DNA from: Paraphysomonas bandaiensis
Taxonomy: Eukaryota > Protista > Chrysophyceae
Direction of reading: 5' to 3'
DNA length: 64,000 nucleotides
Assembly (NCBI GenBank): GCA_965644295.1
Contig: CBFFRP010000132.1
Coordinates: 124,001-188,000, forward strand
This document shows positions 35,976 through 44,819 of the stretch, piece after piece. A program made the translations under genes and the position numbers. The notes under the pieces are model-generated. The model had not been told where the DNA came from and did no database searches. It was given only the letters and a program-made list of their open reading frames with translations. Every line of letters begins with the position of its first letter. Positions within the stretch are counted from its first letter, which is position 1.

Positions 35976-38900
35976 CACCCCTGTGGCATGTGTATTGTCT
36001 CCCACGATACCACATGACATATACCTGTACAGAGTACCTTGAAGGGGCTTTGTCAATGCATCTGCAAGCATCATCTTCGTCGGTAAGTGCTGCAAACGAA
36101 TATTTCCTGCCTTGTAATTCTCTCTGATGATCTCGCGCCTCACACGTAGATATTTCGATCGATACTTGCCACCACCTTTCATCACAAGCGATAAAGTTGA
36201 CGTGTTGTCTTGAAGTACCACAGGTGCGCCAATATCGTATCCTTGACCCTTGATGAAATCTGCACACTGTATCACCTGCATCATCATATCTGACAGTCCC
36301 ACCAATTCAGATTCTGTCGAGTCTTTCGTGACCATCCTTTGCTTCGAGGATTTGCACAGAACTGTCGCGCCACCTACCTTAACCACGAGTCCCGTATGTC
36401 CTTTGCCATCCTCATGACATGCGAATGCTGAATCGATATATCCAGTGACAGCCAGCTCCTTCCCCACACACAATACCAAGTTCTGTTCCCTAGTCGCATT
36501 GAGGTAGCGGGCTACTCTGTGAAGCTTTTCCATATCTGCCTGTGTAGGACTCTTCACTTTTGTACTCAGGTAAGCGATTGCAAGCAATATATCCGGTCTC
36601 ACTCTCTTAGCCAGGTATAATAATTGTGCCACCATCTTATGGAACTTTCTCCTCTCATTCTTGCTGATCAATTTAGTCGTAGTGCTCTTAAATAACGCAC
36701 CAGTAGCTGGTGATGCAGCATTCCCTGTTACACCGTGTTCCTGTAGAAAATTCTCTATGTATGACTTCATAGACACCGTGATCTCGCCGTTCTCTGCTAT
36801 TATTATATGCATGCCTAGGTAGGATAGATTTTTGTCATCGCTATACTTTACTTCCACAAAACGCTCCCTGAGCTCTTGTACAAGCTTCTTGGTATCTTCC
36901 TCCTTGTGTGACATAACCAGTAGGTCGTCGACAAACACTACCACTGTGCATGTGTGTCCATCAACCACTCTGTTCATTACACATGGGTCTACCTCATTAT
37001 GTTTGAACCCAATCAATCGCAGGAATCCAGTTATAGTTTCATACCACAATCTCGCGCTCTGTATGCATCCATATAATGCCTTGTCTAGTCGTACATACAG
37101 CTTGCCGCTCTCGTCCACGTAGGGCTTAACTTCCGGCGCTACCTTAGATAGTATCGTAGTTAGCATAGGCTCTAGCTCCATGATGACTTCCTCTCTTGTC
37201 ATCTCCGCATTTAAATACGCGCCTCCAATGTCCACCGTTGCTATATGCCGCTTCTCCTTGGCAGCAATTGCTAAGCACATCATGATCGATTGCATCGCTG
37301 CTGTTGGCGACGATGTGTCTGTATACAGCTTCCTGTCTTGCTGTGCCCCATTCGCCACTAGTCGAGCTTTTACTTTCTCAAAGCGACCCATGCCATCGTA
37401 CTTTGTCTTGAGGAACATTAGCGATCGGATTGTCTTCTTCAATTGCTTCTTTGACAACTGCTTCTTCTGCACCGGACTCATAGCCTTCTTCTCATGCAAT
37501 AGTTGCTTTAGCTCTGCAACAATGGCTTTATATGCTGTAGGTCCATACTCCTGCAATCCTTTCATAACACTTGTATGGTAGGCTCTATACTCCACCGGCT
37601 TAGACGACTGGATTCCAGAATCATCTCTCACTTGCTCTCCATGATCCTCACCGATGCTATTGTTTACCGGCACATTACGCTCACCGTCGTCATTGTCGTC
37701 ACCGTCGTCACCAACAAGCTGTGGAACATCTTCATCTTCATTCTCTGCTGAGTCGACTACATCTTCATGACTCGTTCGCGACTCTAGTTGTCGTTCGCCC
37801 TTCGCTGATTCTTCCAAGTAAGTCGAGTTATGATCCTCTTCATTAGACTCATGTCCCTCTGGCAGGTTCATCTTATCCTCCTCTCTATCCAGCCCATCTT
37901 TCGCATCAGTCTTCTGTAGCAATGGTGTCATATCGTCTCTTCCACTGCTATTATCACACGTCTTTGCTGCATTATTCATTGCGTCTATTATGAGCTGTGT
38001 TGTTCGCATCTTTACCCAGTTAGTTCTTCTAATTCTCTTCTGTGTCTTGATATTGAAGAATACCCAACTACCGTTAGCATTGCCAGTAGGATACAATGCT
38101 ATGCATGGCTCCGTACGATCCTGCTCGGCATTATTACTCCTCACCTTAGGATTGTAGCACTCCACGTAGTCTCCAAATGCCACATCTAGTTCTTTTCTGT
38201 AGTTCGGCTTTCTCCCAGTGAAAGCTACTCGTGGAGCGACGATGGAATGACTTGTCGATGGTCTTCTCAGATTCATGCGACTGTTCGCATATTTCACTAA
38301 GTCTTCCACGTTCGCATTAGGCAATTTCCACGGTAGACCTGCATTCACACTTCTTATGATCTCCTTCAGCCTTCTTATCTTGCTATCGACCCTATCCATA
38401 TGATCTCCAGCACCGCTGATGTCTATCTCCACCCCTGTAATCTTTCCTCGAAGTGGTTGAAATCCCGGCTGTGGATCCAGGTATGCTATCCTCGGTGTAA
38501 ATCCATGGCTGCGCAATAGACTCACTTGCTCTTGCAGAGCTAGTCCAAGATCGTCTGTTCTCTCACTCGGTAGTGCCGCCACCAAAGTTAGTCCAAGAGG
38601 CTCCGACAACGTGATCATGAAGGGTTGCTTCCTCACATAGAATAAGTCCGTATATAACCGCTGACTCTTTTGCTGCGACGCCTTCAATTCAATATCCACG
38701 TGTTGTCTGCGTACCTTCTTTTTGGTGTGTTTTCCTCTGATAGCCTCACACGGTTTGCCATATATATCGAACGACCTTCTGATATCATTTGCCGTCAGCT
38801 GCACCCCTGTGATGTTGCCGTCACTCACGAGGTTTATCGCATCTTGTTCTGAGTCAAAACCAGAATTGCGTATTAGTTCTCGAGCTTCTCTCGCCCTAGC

Positions 38901-40349
38901 AACTTCGCCTCTTGTGTATTTTTGTTCTTCCATGCTTGTTGATGTAACATTAACATTGCCTTCTGCCCAGTCTCTCATATCAGCTACATACATTTTGTTC
39001 CGCCTTCTGAACACTAGTTCTTTGTTTTGTAGATACACAGTGTACGATACACCCGGTTCATAAGCCACTGGATACATATCTTCCACATCGGCCTGGCATA
39101 ATACACTCACACGTAGGTCTTCAGCCGTCTTACACGTGAAGAAATGATCCAGCTCTCCCACGTTCGGTAGTTCTACGGCGTGTCCAGATAGACCGGCTAC
39201 CGTGCACTTTCTGCTTGCTGGCCTCACGTCCTTCAGCAACCACGGGTGTACAACTGATACGTCCGCCTGGTTGTCTAGAAGCACCTCGTACCACTCAAAA
39301 CGCTCACCGCTCGATGCATATGCGTTCATTGTTGTGACCGAGCACTGTTTTTCCTCCGGCTCTACATTATCGGGACAATCACTCAGTTTGTGTCCGGGCT
39401 CTCCACAACCCCAGCACACCATGGGTTTCCTCGGCCTATTACCGCGACGTCTCGGCTCCTGGTCATCATTGGCCTTCTGTTTTCTGTCCATTTCACTCGC
39501 ACGCCTTTGCTTGGTGGATTGTTCCTTCTGGCTGACAAATGCTACTCCACCATTCGATTTTGCTCCTCTCCTCGGGGTAAGATACTTCGATGCTTTAGTG
39601 TAGATATCGTTGACGTGCTCAGGTGGCTTCTGCGTGCCCATCATCAGATCATTTAGATAATTTGTCTTGAATTCCCCATAACGGGCATCATCCAATCCCC
39701 TAAAGAAATCCATGGCTATGTCCTCATCATCCATTCTCGGATTGTCGGCGTCATTGTACGCATCTAGTAGGAAATCGAATCTCTCCTTGTAGCCCACTAT
39801 GCTCTCGAAGGGACCTTGTTTTGCGTCTTGATATTTCTTCCTAGTCTCTGCACGGACGACCGCTTCGACATTTGAGCTCGTTGCTGACTTATGAGTCTCC
39901 TTTACAGCCAACCACAGCAGCAGAGGGTCCTTGGTCGAGTTGATTTTGTCGTATTCTGGTGTGAGCTTTATTGCGTCAATTGATTCATTGCTCAGATGAT
40001 TGTAGATGAATGCATAGAAAGCAGTCCGATTCGCCTTCATTTCATTAATCAATTTCGCCCTTGCCTTCCTGGCATCCTTCATATCTTCAGCGTTAAATCC
40101 GTGGGGGTCGTTTTTTAAGTTATATTCTGCAGGGTTTACACGCGGCGGTTCATAGTACTTGTCCAGTTCGATTAGCCTTGCCAGGTCTCCATATCTCTCC
40201 ATTCCCTCGGCCACAAGCTTCTGCTTGAACGTCGCCAAGTTGGTATTGGCACCATATTTCAGTATTGGCACAGACGTGGACGCACTGTTGCTCGCCGAAC
40301 CCCTAGCCCTTTGTTCAAATCGCTTCTGAAACTTCTTGTTGGATCTCAT
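35961..40349 (-). CDS. Copia Gag-Pol polyprotein (1462 aa): Gag, CCHC, PR, IN, RT, RNase H
   Basis: CWGCGEPGHKLSDC; LLDNQA; IN YTDLF / YLDPQ / HMDRVDSKIR; KARLVANG, DIGGAYL, KALYGC, FVDD; YIDSAF, STESEL, QDN, ADALTKPL. The IN-RT-RH order is that of Copia. Confidence 0.97.
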   Translation of the reverse strand: MRSNKKFQKRFEQRARGSASNSASTSVPILKYGANTNLATFKQKLVAEGMERYGDLARLIELDKYYEPPRVNPAEYNLKNDPHGFNAEDMKDARKARAKLINEMKANRTAFYAFIYNHLSNESIDAIKLTPEYDKINSTKDPLLLWLAVKETHKSATSSNVEAVVRAETRKKYQDAKQGPFESIVGYKERFDFLLDAYNDADNPRMDDEDIAMDFFRGLDDARYGEFKTNYLNDLMMGTQKPPEHVNDIYTKASKYLTPRRGAKSNGGVAFVSQKEQSTKQRRASEMDRKQKANDDQEPRRRGNRPRKPMVCWGCGEPGHKLSDCPDNVEPEEKQCSVTTMNAYASSGERFEWYEVLLDNQADVSVVHPWLLKDVRPASRKCTVAGLSGHAVELPNVGELDHFFTCKTAEDLRVSVLCQADVEDMYPVAYEPGVSYTVYLQNKELVFRRRNKMYVADMRDWAEGNVNVTSTSMEEQKYTRGEVARAREARELIRNSGFDSEQDAINLVSDGNITGVQLTANDIRRSFDIYGKPCEAIRGKHTKKKVRRQHVDIELKASQQKSQRLYTDLFYVRKQPFMITLSEPLGLTLVAALPSERTDDLGLALQEQVSLLRSHGFTPRIAYLDPQPGFQPLRGKITGVEIDISGAGDHMDRVDSKIRRLKEIIRSVNAGLPWKLPNANVEDLVKYANSRMNLRRPSTSHSIVAPRVAFTGRKPNYRKELDVAFGDYVECYNPKVRSNNAEQDRTEPCIALYPTGNANGSWVFFNIKTQKRIRRTNWVKMRTTQLIIDAMNNAAKTCDNSSGRDDMTPLLQKTDAKDGLDREEDKMNLPEGHESNEEDHNSTYLEESAKGERQLESRTSHEDVVDSAENEDEDVPQLVGDDGDDNDDGERNVPVNNSIGEDHGEQVRDDSGIQSSKPVEYRAYHTSVMKGLQEYGPTAYKAIVAELKQLLHEKKAMSPVQKKQLSKKQLKKTIRSLMFLKTKYDGMGRFEKVKARLVANGAQQDRKLYTDTSSPTAAMQSIMMCLAIAAKEKRHIATVDIGGAYLNAEMTREEVIMELEPMLTTILSKVAPEVKPYVDESGKLYVRLDKALYGCIQSARLWYETITGFLRLIGFKHNEVDPCVMNRVVDGHTCTVVVFVDDLLVMSHKEEDTKKLVQELRERFVEVKYSDDKNLSYLGMHIIIAENGEITVSMKSYIENFLQEHGVTGNAASPATGALFKSTTTKLISKNERRKFHKMVAQLLYLAKRVRPDILLAIAYLSTKVKSPTQADMEKLHRVARYLNATREQNLVLCVGKELAVTGYIDSAFACHEDGKGHTGLVVKVGGATVLCKSSKQRMVTKDSTESELVGLSDMMMQVIQCADFIKGQGYDIGAPVVLQDNTSTLSLVMKGGGKYRSKYLRVRREIIRENYKAGNIRLQHLPTKMMLADALTKPLQGTLYRYMSCGIVGDNTHATGVRRAK

Positions 40350-40351
40350 TC

Positions 40352-40364
40352 TAATTTCTTGTCA
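40352..40364 (-). other. Primer-binding-site position, complementary to LTR sequence 40515-40527 rather than a tRNA CCA end
   Basis: The minus strand reads TGACAAGAAATTA immediately after the 5' LTR. The LTR contains TAATTTCTTGTCA on the same strand. Confidence 0.8.
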
Positions 40365-40719
40365 CGAAGAGAAAAAATGTACGGATCACTCTACTGTCGT
40401 CAGTACTACAGGCTGGCAATGACACGGATCCAATACTCCCGTTGTTCTTTATCGGTCTACACTACAGGTAGGCAAAGAAACAAGTCTCTTGACAGATACT
40501 ACAGAAATTGTTAGTGACAAGAAATTATGAGTCTCCCCTACAGTCATAATACTGTTCTCGTGTACTCATTCATATTTCTGTGTACATTCTAGACCGTATC
40601 CTACAGAGCTACAAATGCACTAAACTGAAAAATACAACCATCAGGGGAACAAAAATAACGACAGACGTTAACTCTTGTCACTCGCACTTTCTCGTACCAA
40701 CGTATCACTTTGCTCTGCG
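40365..40719 (-). repeat. 5' LTR
   Basis: Direct repeat of 35621-35975, lying 15 nt upstream of the gag ATG. Confidence 0.97.
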
Positions 40720-40931
40720 GTATGTATATAGCTACACGGTATACTGGTATACAGTATACGTATACAGAGTGTATCCAGGCACAGGAGGCGAGGACAAATA
40801 TACGAGCAGTGAGCAGTGAGCACTGAGCAGTGAGCTCCGCTATGAGGATACACACCCAGCCGAGTGCCACAAGAGGCAGCATAGTACATATGAGATAAAT
40901 GACCCATCAACAGAGACTGTGATGTTAAAGT

Positions 40932-42173
40932 ATGGGTGTGTGTGGCTCTCATAAGCTGATTCCTGTGCTGGACGATGTCACTGATAGTGTGTTTCGGTCT
41001 CTGGATCTCAACACGAGTGACATCAATCGTCTATACGACACGTTTCAGTATATCGATCTCGATGAGTCCGGAAGCATAAGAAAAGATGAAATTTTTTCAT
41101 TCTTTCGAGTCGAGGCGACTCATCTGACTGAGCGCATATTCGACGTGCTCGACACACGCAAAAACAACACGTTAAATTTTCGTGATTTTGTGTGTGGTGT
41201 TTGGAACATGCTGTCGATGGATCCTGATTACTTGGGGGCCTATGTATTCTTTTTATTTGATACTGAGCAACGAGGAATACTGGATGGTGACCAAATCCGA
41301 GCTCTTGTTGAAGCAGTACATCGTAAATCATATGAGAGCAATCGCTCTGTGAAGCGAATAGTCGACCAGCTCCGAAAAAATCGCACTAAACTGAATATTG
41401 AGAAGTTCACTGAGTGGTCTCGATCTAATGTTGCTATATGTGCGCCGTTTATAACTTTACAGCACCGACTTCGTGGTACGATAGTTGGGCATAACTTCTG
41501 GAATGTATTAATGGAACGACGGCGTCGACATCCAGAACAAGGACATCCGCGGTATGTGGTGAACCTAATAAAATCCATGACCGGGGAGTATAATGAGAAG
41601 TCTGTAATGACAGAAATTTTATCCGAAGTTGGTGGTATTCGAAATGTTAGTGCTTCAGAACCAAAAGGGAAAATACAACTGAAGAAAAGTTCAAGCAAGG
41701 TTTCTCCTGAAGCCAACTATCACGATTCTTCATACATTGCTGATGAAGTAAATGAAAATGATTACAGTGATGCAGAACCCAATGTTGGAAAATATAATGA
41801 ACATGTGTTTAATGACTTTGAGGCGGATAATTCCGAATTTGTGTATCATGACTACAATCTATACGATGCAAACTATCATTTCCATGAGGATGTCACTGAG
41901 TACAATGCCCGCAATGAAGTTGATTGTGATGTGAAGAAATTTGATGCTCAAGATCAAAACAGTAAGTATCATCGCTCCAGTACTACTGCAAGCCTCCGTG
42001 ATGTCTCTGGATTTGAAGTGAAACCAATATCTACTGACCCTACCAACGCTGCATGTAAGTCCAATAAGGCTGTTCTTCCGCCTATTCAACTGCCACCTGA
42101 AGTTCCCGGTGCTCAAACTAGCAAGAGTAAGAAGAAGAAAAAGGGAAAGAAAAAGAATAAACGTTTTCCGTAG
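40932..42173 (+). CDS. EF-hand (calcineurin B/recoverin-like) protein with acidic tail and terminal basic patch
   Basis: MGVCGS (possible myristoylation/palmitoylation), DLDESGSIRKDE, DTRKNNTLNFRDF and DTEQRGILDGDQ. Intronless 413-aa ORF. Confidence 0.8.
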   Translation: MGVCGSHKLIPVLDDVTDSVFRSLDLNTSDINRLYDTFQYIDLDESGSIRKDEIFSFFRVEATHLTERIFDVLDTRKNNTLNFRDFVCGVWNMLSMDPDYLGAYVFFLFDTEQRGILDGDQIRALVEAVHRKSYESNRSVKRIVDQLRKNRTKLNIEKFTEWSRSNVAICAPFITLQHRLRGTIVGHNFWNVLMERRRRHPEQGHPRYVVNLIKSMTGEYNEKSVMTEILSEVGGIRNVSASEPKGKIQLKKSSSKVSPEANYHDSSYIADEVNENDYSDAEPNVGKYNEHVFNDFEADNSEFVYHDYNLYDANYHFHEDVTEYNARNEVDCDVKKFDAQDQNSKYHRSSTTASLRDVSGFEVKPISTDPTNAACKSNKAVLPPIQLPPEVPGAQTSKSKKKKKGKKKNKRFP

Positions 42174-42606
42174 AAGAATATATTGATTTTACAGTAGTTA
42201 GGCATGTTGTAGCAGTTGTATATTTTGTGAATATTCTCAGTTCTAACAAAGCGTATTTTTTTGGATCATTCGCCGCTCCGGTACGAATACTATACTAGTA
42301 TCCGTGTTGTCTCTGGGTTGACACGGAACCAATATATATAGGCCCTAAGACTTCAATCTGGCGAGTTCGCCGCATATCTCAGTTTTACATTGATTCTAAA
42401 TTTCTTCGGGGTGAGTGTCGTCCAATAATATTATAGTAGTAAGTATAGTGCTGTTTACTATACTAGATTTCCTATTGCCAAATGAGATTTGGAACTTATA
42501 CCAACCAGACAGCATATGTGAACCGGCTTCTCGTTTTAGACACACTGAAAAAGTGATTCACAAAGGACCAATCCTCACCCAAAATCGGCTGTGCACATGA
42601 AAGAGA

Positions 42607-44512
42607 AGTAGTGAATATCCTATTATTAGCAATTGGCGTTTATGAGTCGGAGCTTAACTCTGATATTCTACTATTTAACGCTACAATAGCTGCTTGTGCG
42701 TCACCGCAAGCACCAAGGTGAAATCACTTTCGCTGTATCACTCAAAGCAAACGCAGTGAGCAAGCAGATTGTTGATATACCTGACTATTGAGAAATGCTC
42801 ATTTTAAGCTAGATCACAGAGAGAATTTGTCGTAAGACTAGATAGATTTATTAATATCGTTTACACGAAGTTGTGATAACCAACACTAACTCATTATAAT
42901 CCCTGCATAATATCCTACATATGCGAACCTCTCATTACTGAACATATCTTGAACGATCAAACTATTTCAGTTTCTCAATATCATCACAGCATTTGTACAT
43001 CACTATATTTCACTGTATTCTCGTACATTGTCTTGAAGTGACATACTGAATATACTAGAATAAGATCCATATTCTAATACTGACATCTGCTGACTTCAGG
43101 ATTTAGAGTCCTTAAGGTGAACAACCCGGATGATTGACTTCAGCAGGCAGCCCAATACCCCAGATGCCCTTGAGCTAACTCTATATGCGGCTCACGTTAG
43201 TTTCCCGGAGAAATATCTCCGGTACTTATTTCCCAGAACACCACGAAAAGATGCGGGTCGACTTTGTTGAGGGCGCAATAAATCATCCCTTTGCTGCATT
43301 ACACAAATGATATTATCATGCTACCATTTGGGCTTTAACATGCTGCCTTATATCTCACTTTTTGTGTCACATTCAGCAGAAAAAAATTGGAGGGAGAGAA
43401 TTCTTCACACAATTAATATCTTCATAGTTAGTAATTTGCATATTTAAAACCTTTTCCGACCATCATCAAATATTTCACCAGGTGGATTTGGTATTACCTC
43501 GACTTATTTACACCATCTTGAAAATTTAAATTTCAAAGTAGCGTATTCTAATGGGATTGGAATTATTTGTAACGAATATTTGCTACAATAGTGATAATGT
43601 AGATATACTATGAATAAGTAGTGAATGTAAATTTATGTCTGTTTATAATATATATTATAATGTGACTCAGAGATAATTATTGTTATAAGCCAAGAAAACT
43701 GTTTATTTGATAGTCTGAGTTTAGACAGCTAACGCTACACTTACATTACATAATCAAATTCAAGTGTAGCGCTTCGACTCTTTTCATGTGTACCCCAGGG
43801 ATACTACTATTCTTACTGGCTCCGCAATCATATATTCAGAGGACTTACATGTTTCTCATTAGAGATGTCTGCGCCTCTACGATAGTCTTATGTTTCTATT
43901 TCATGCCCTCAACAAAGTCGGACTCACACCTGTTCATTGTGTTCTGGGGGATAAGTAGCGGAGATATTTCTCCGGGAAACTAACGTGAGCCCCATATATA
44001 TAGTCAGCAGATAATTTACTGCACACTCATAATAGCCAAATGCTTGTGTGATACAAGGGACATTAATTTAACGTGATCCCCATATATATAGTCAGTAGAT
44101 AATAATAGCCAAATGCTTGTGTGGTACAAGGGACATTAATTTAAGTGTCACTTGTGTAGACGTCTTTGGGCCTTGACGAATAAACAGGCGTCCGGGACAG
44201 AGCCCACCTGAAGGGTAACCGGGGTATTGGGCTGCATGCTGAAGTCAATCATTTGGGCAGTTCACCTTAAGGACTCTAAATCCTGAAGTCAGCAGATGTC
44301 AGGTATATCAACAATCGGCATGTTCTCTGCGTGTGCTTTGAGCGATAGAGCAAAAATGGTTGCATCTTGTTGCTTGCGGCGACGCACAAGCAGCTTTCAT
44401 CGCGTTAAATATTTAGGATATCAGAGTTAAGCACTAGTTAGTTATATTGCAAAACATAAATTTGTTTCGATCCTTAAACCCCTATTGCTGAAAGTAAGAC
44501 ATTCTCACTTCT
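42607..44512. repeat. Cluster of solo-LTR-like repeats: family A inverted (about 42607-43170), family B (about 43180-43275 inverted; about 43900-44143 with local tandem duplication), family A forward (44155-44512)
   Basis: Sequence matches to 1-215, 925-1050 and 6777-7050. Confidence 0.75.
42786..43079. mobile_element. 294-bp solo LTR with TATT...AATA ends and 5-bp TSD CTGAC, inserted into a family A copy
   Basis: CTGAC at 42781-42785 and 43080-43084. Removal restores GATATACCTGACATCTGCTGACTT, the reverse complement of about 44286-44309. Confidence 0.85.
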
Positions 44513-44819
44513 AGGTTATTGCGTAATTAACGTATAGGAGTAAGAGGAGCATATAAGGTAGATGATATTACGAATGTAGATATTGGTCTTGATTTGGTTG
44601 TGATGCATTATTTATAATGTCGAAAGGCAACAAATTTAGTCTACGAGCGATCTTAGTTAGAAAACAGAATAAAACATAGCTATCAGTGACCTTGAATCCC
44701 TGCAACATCTAGCCCATATAGATTACAAATAACTGGCATCTAATTATTCTATACAGATATAAAACATTCTACATTACTGGAGAGCAACATACATATCCCA
44801 CTTCGTGACTATTCGTGCT

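Larger units (their letters stand above)
35621..40719 (-). mobile_element. Intact, young Copia LTR retrotransposon (CoDi-like) with CG...CG LTR ends and TSD GTATG
   Basis: 355-bp LTRs at 35621-35975 and 40365-40719 with one mismatch seen. GTATG at 35616-35620 and 40720-40724. Single gag-pol ORF. Confidence 0.97.

Noticed and set aside
40580-40952. ORFs 40580-40819, 40601-40882, 35836-36042 and 35857-36267
   Set aside because: They overlap LTRs or alternative frames of pol and have no recognisable motifs.
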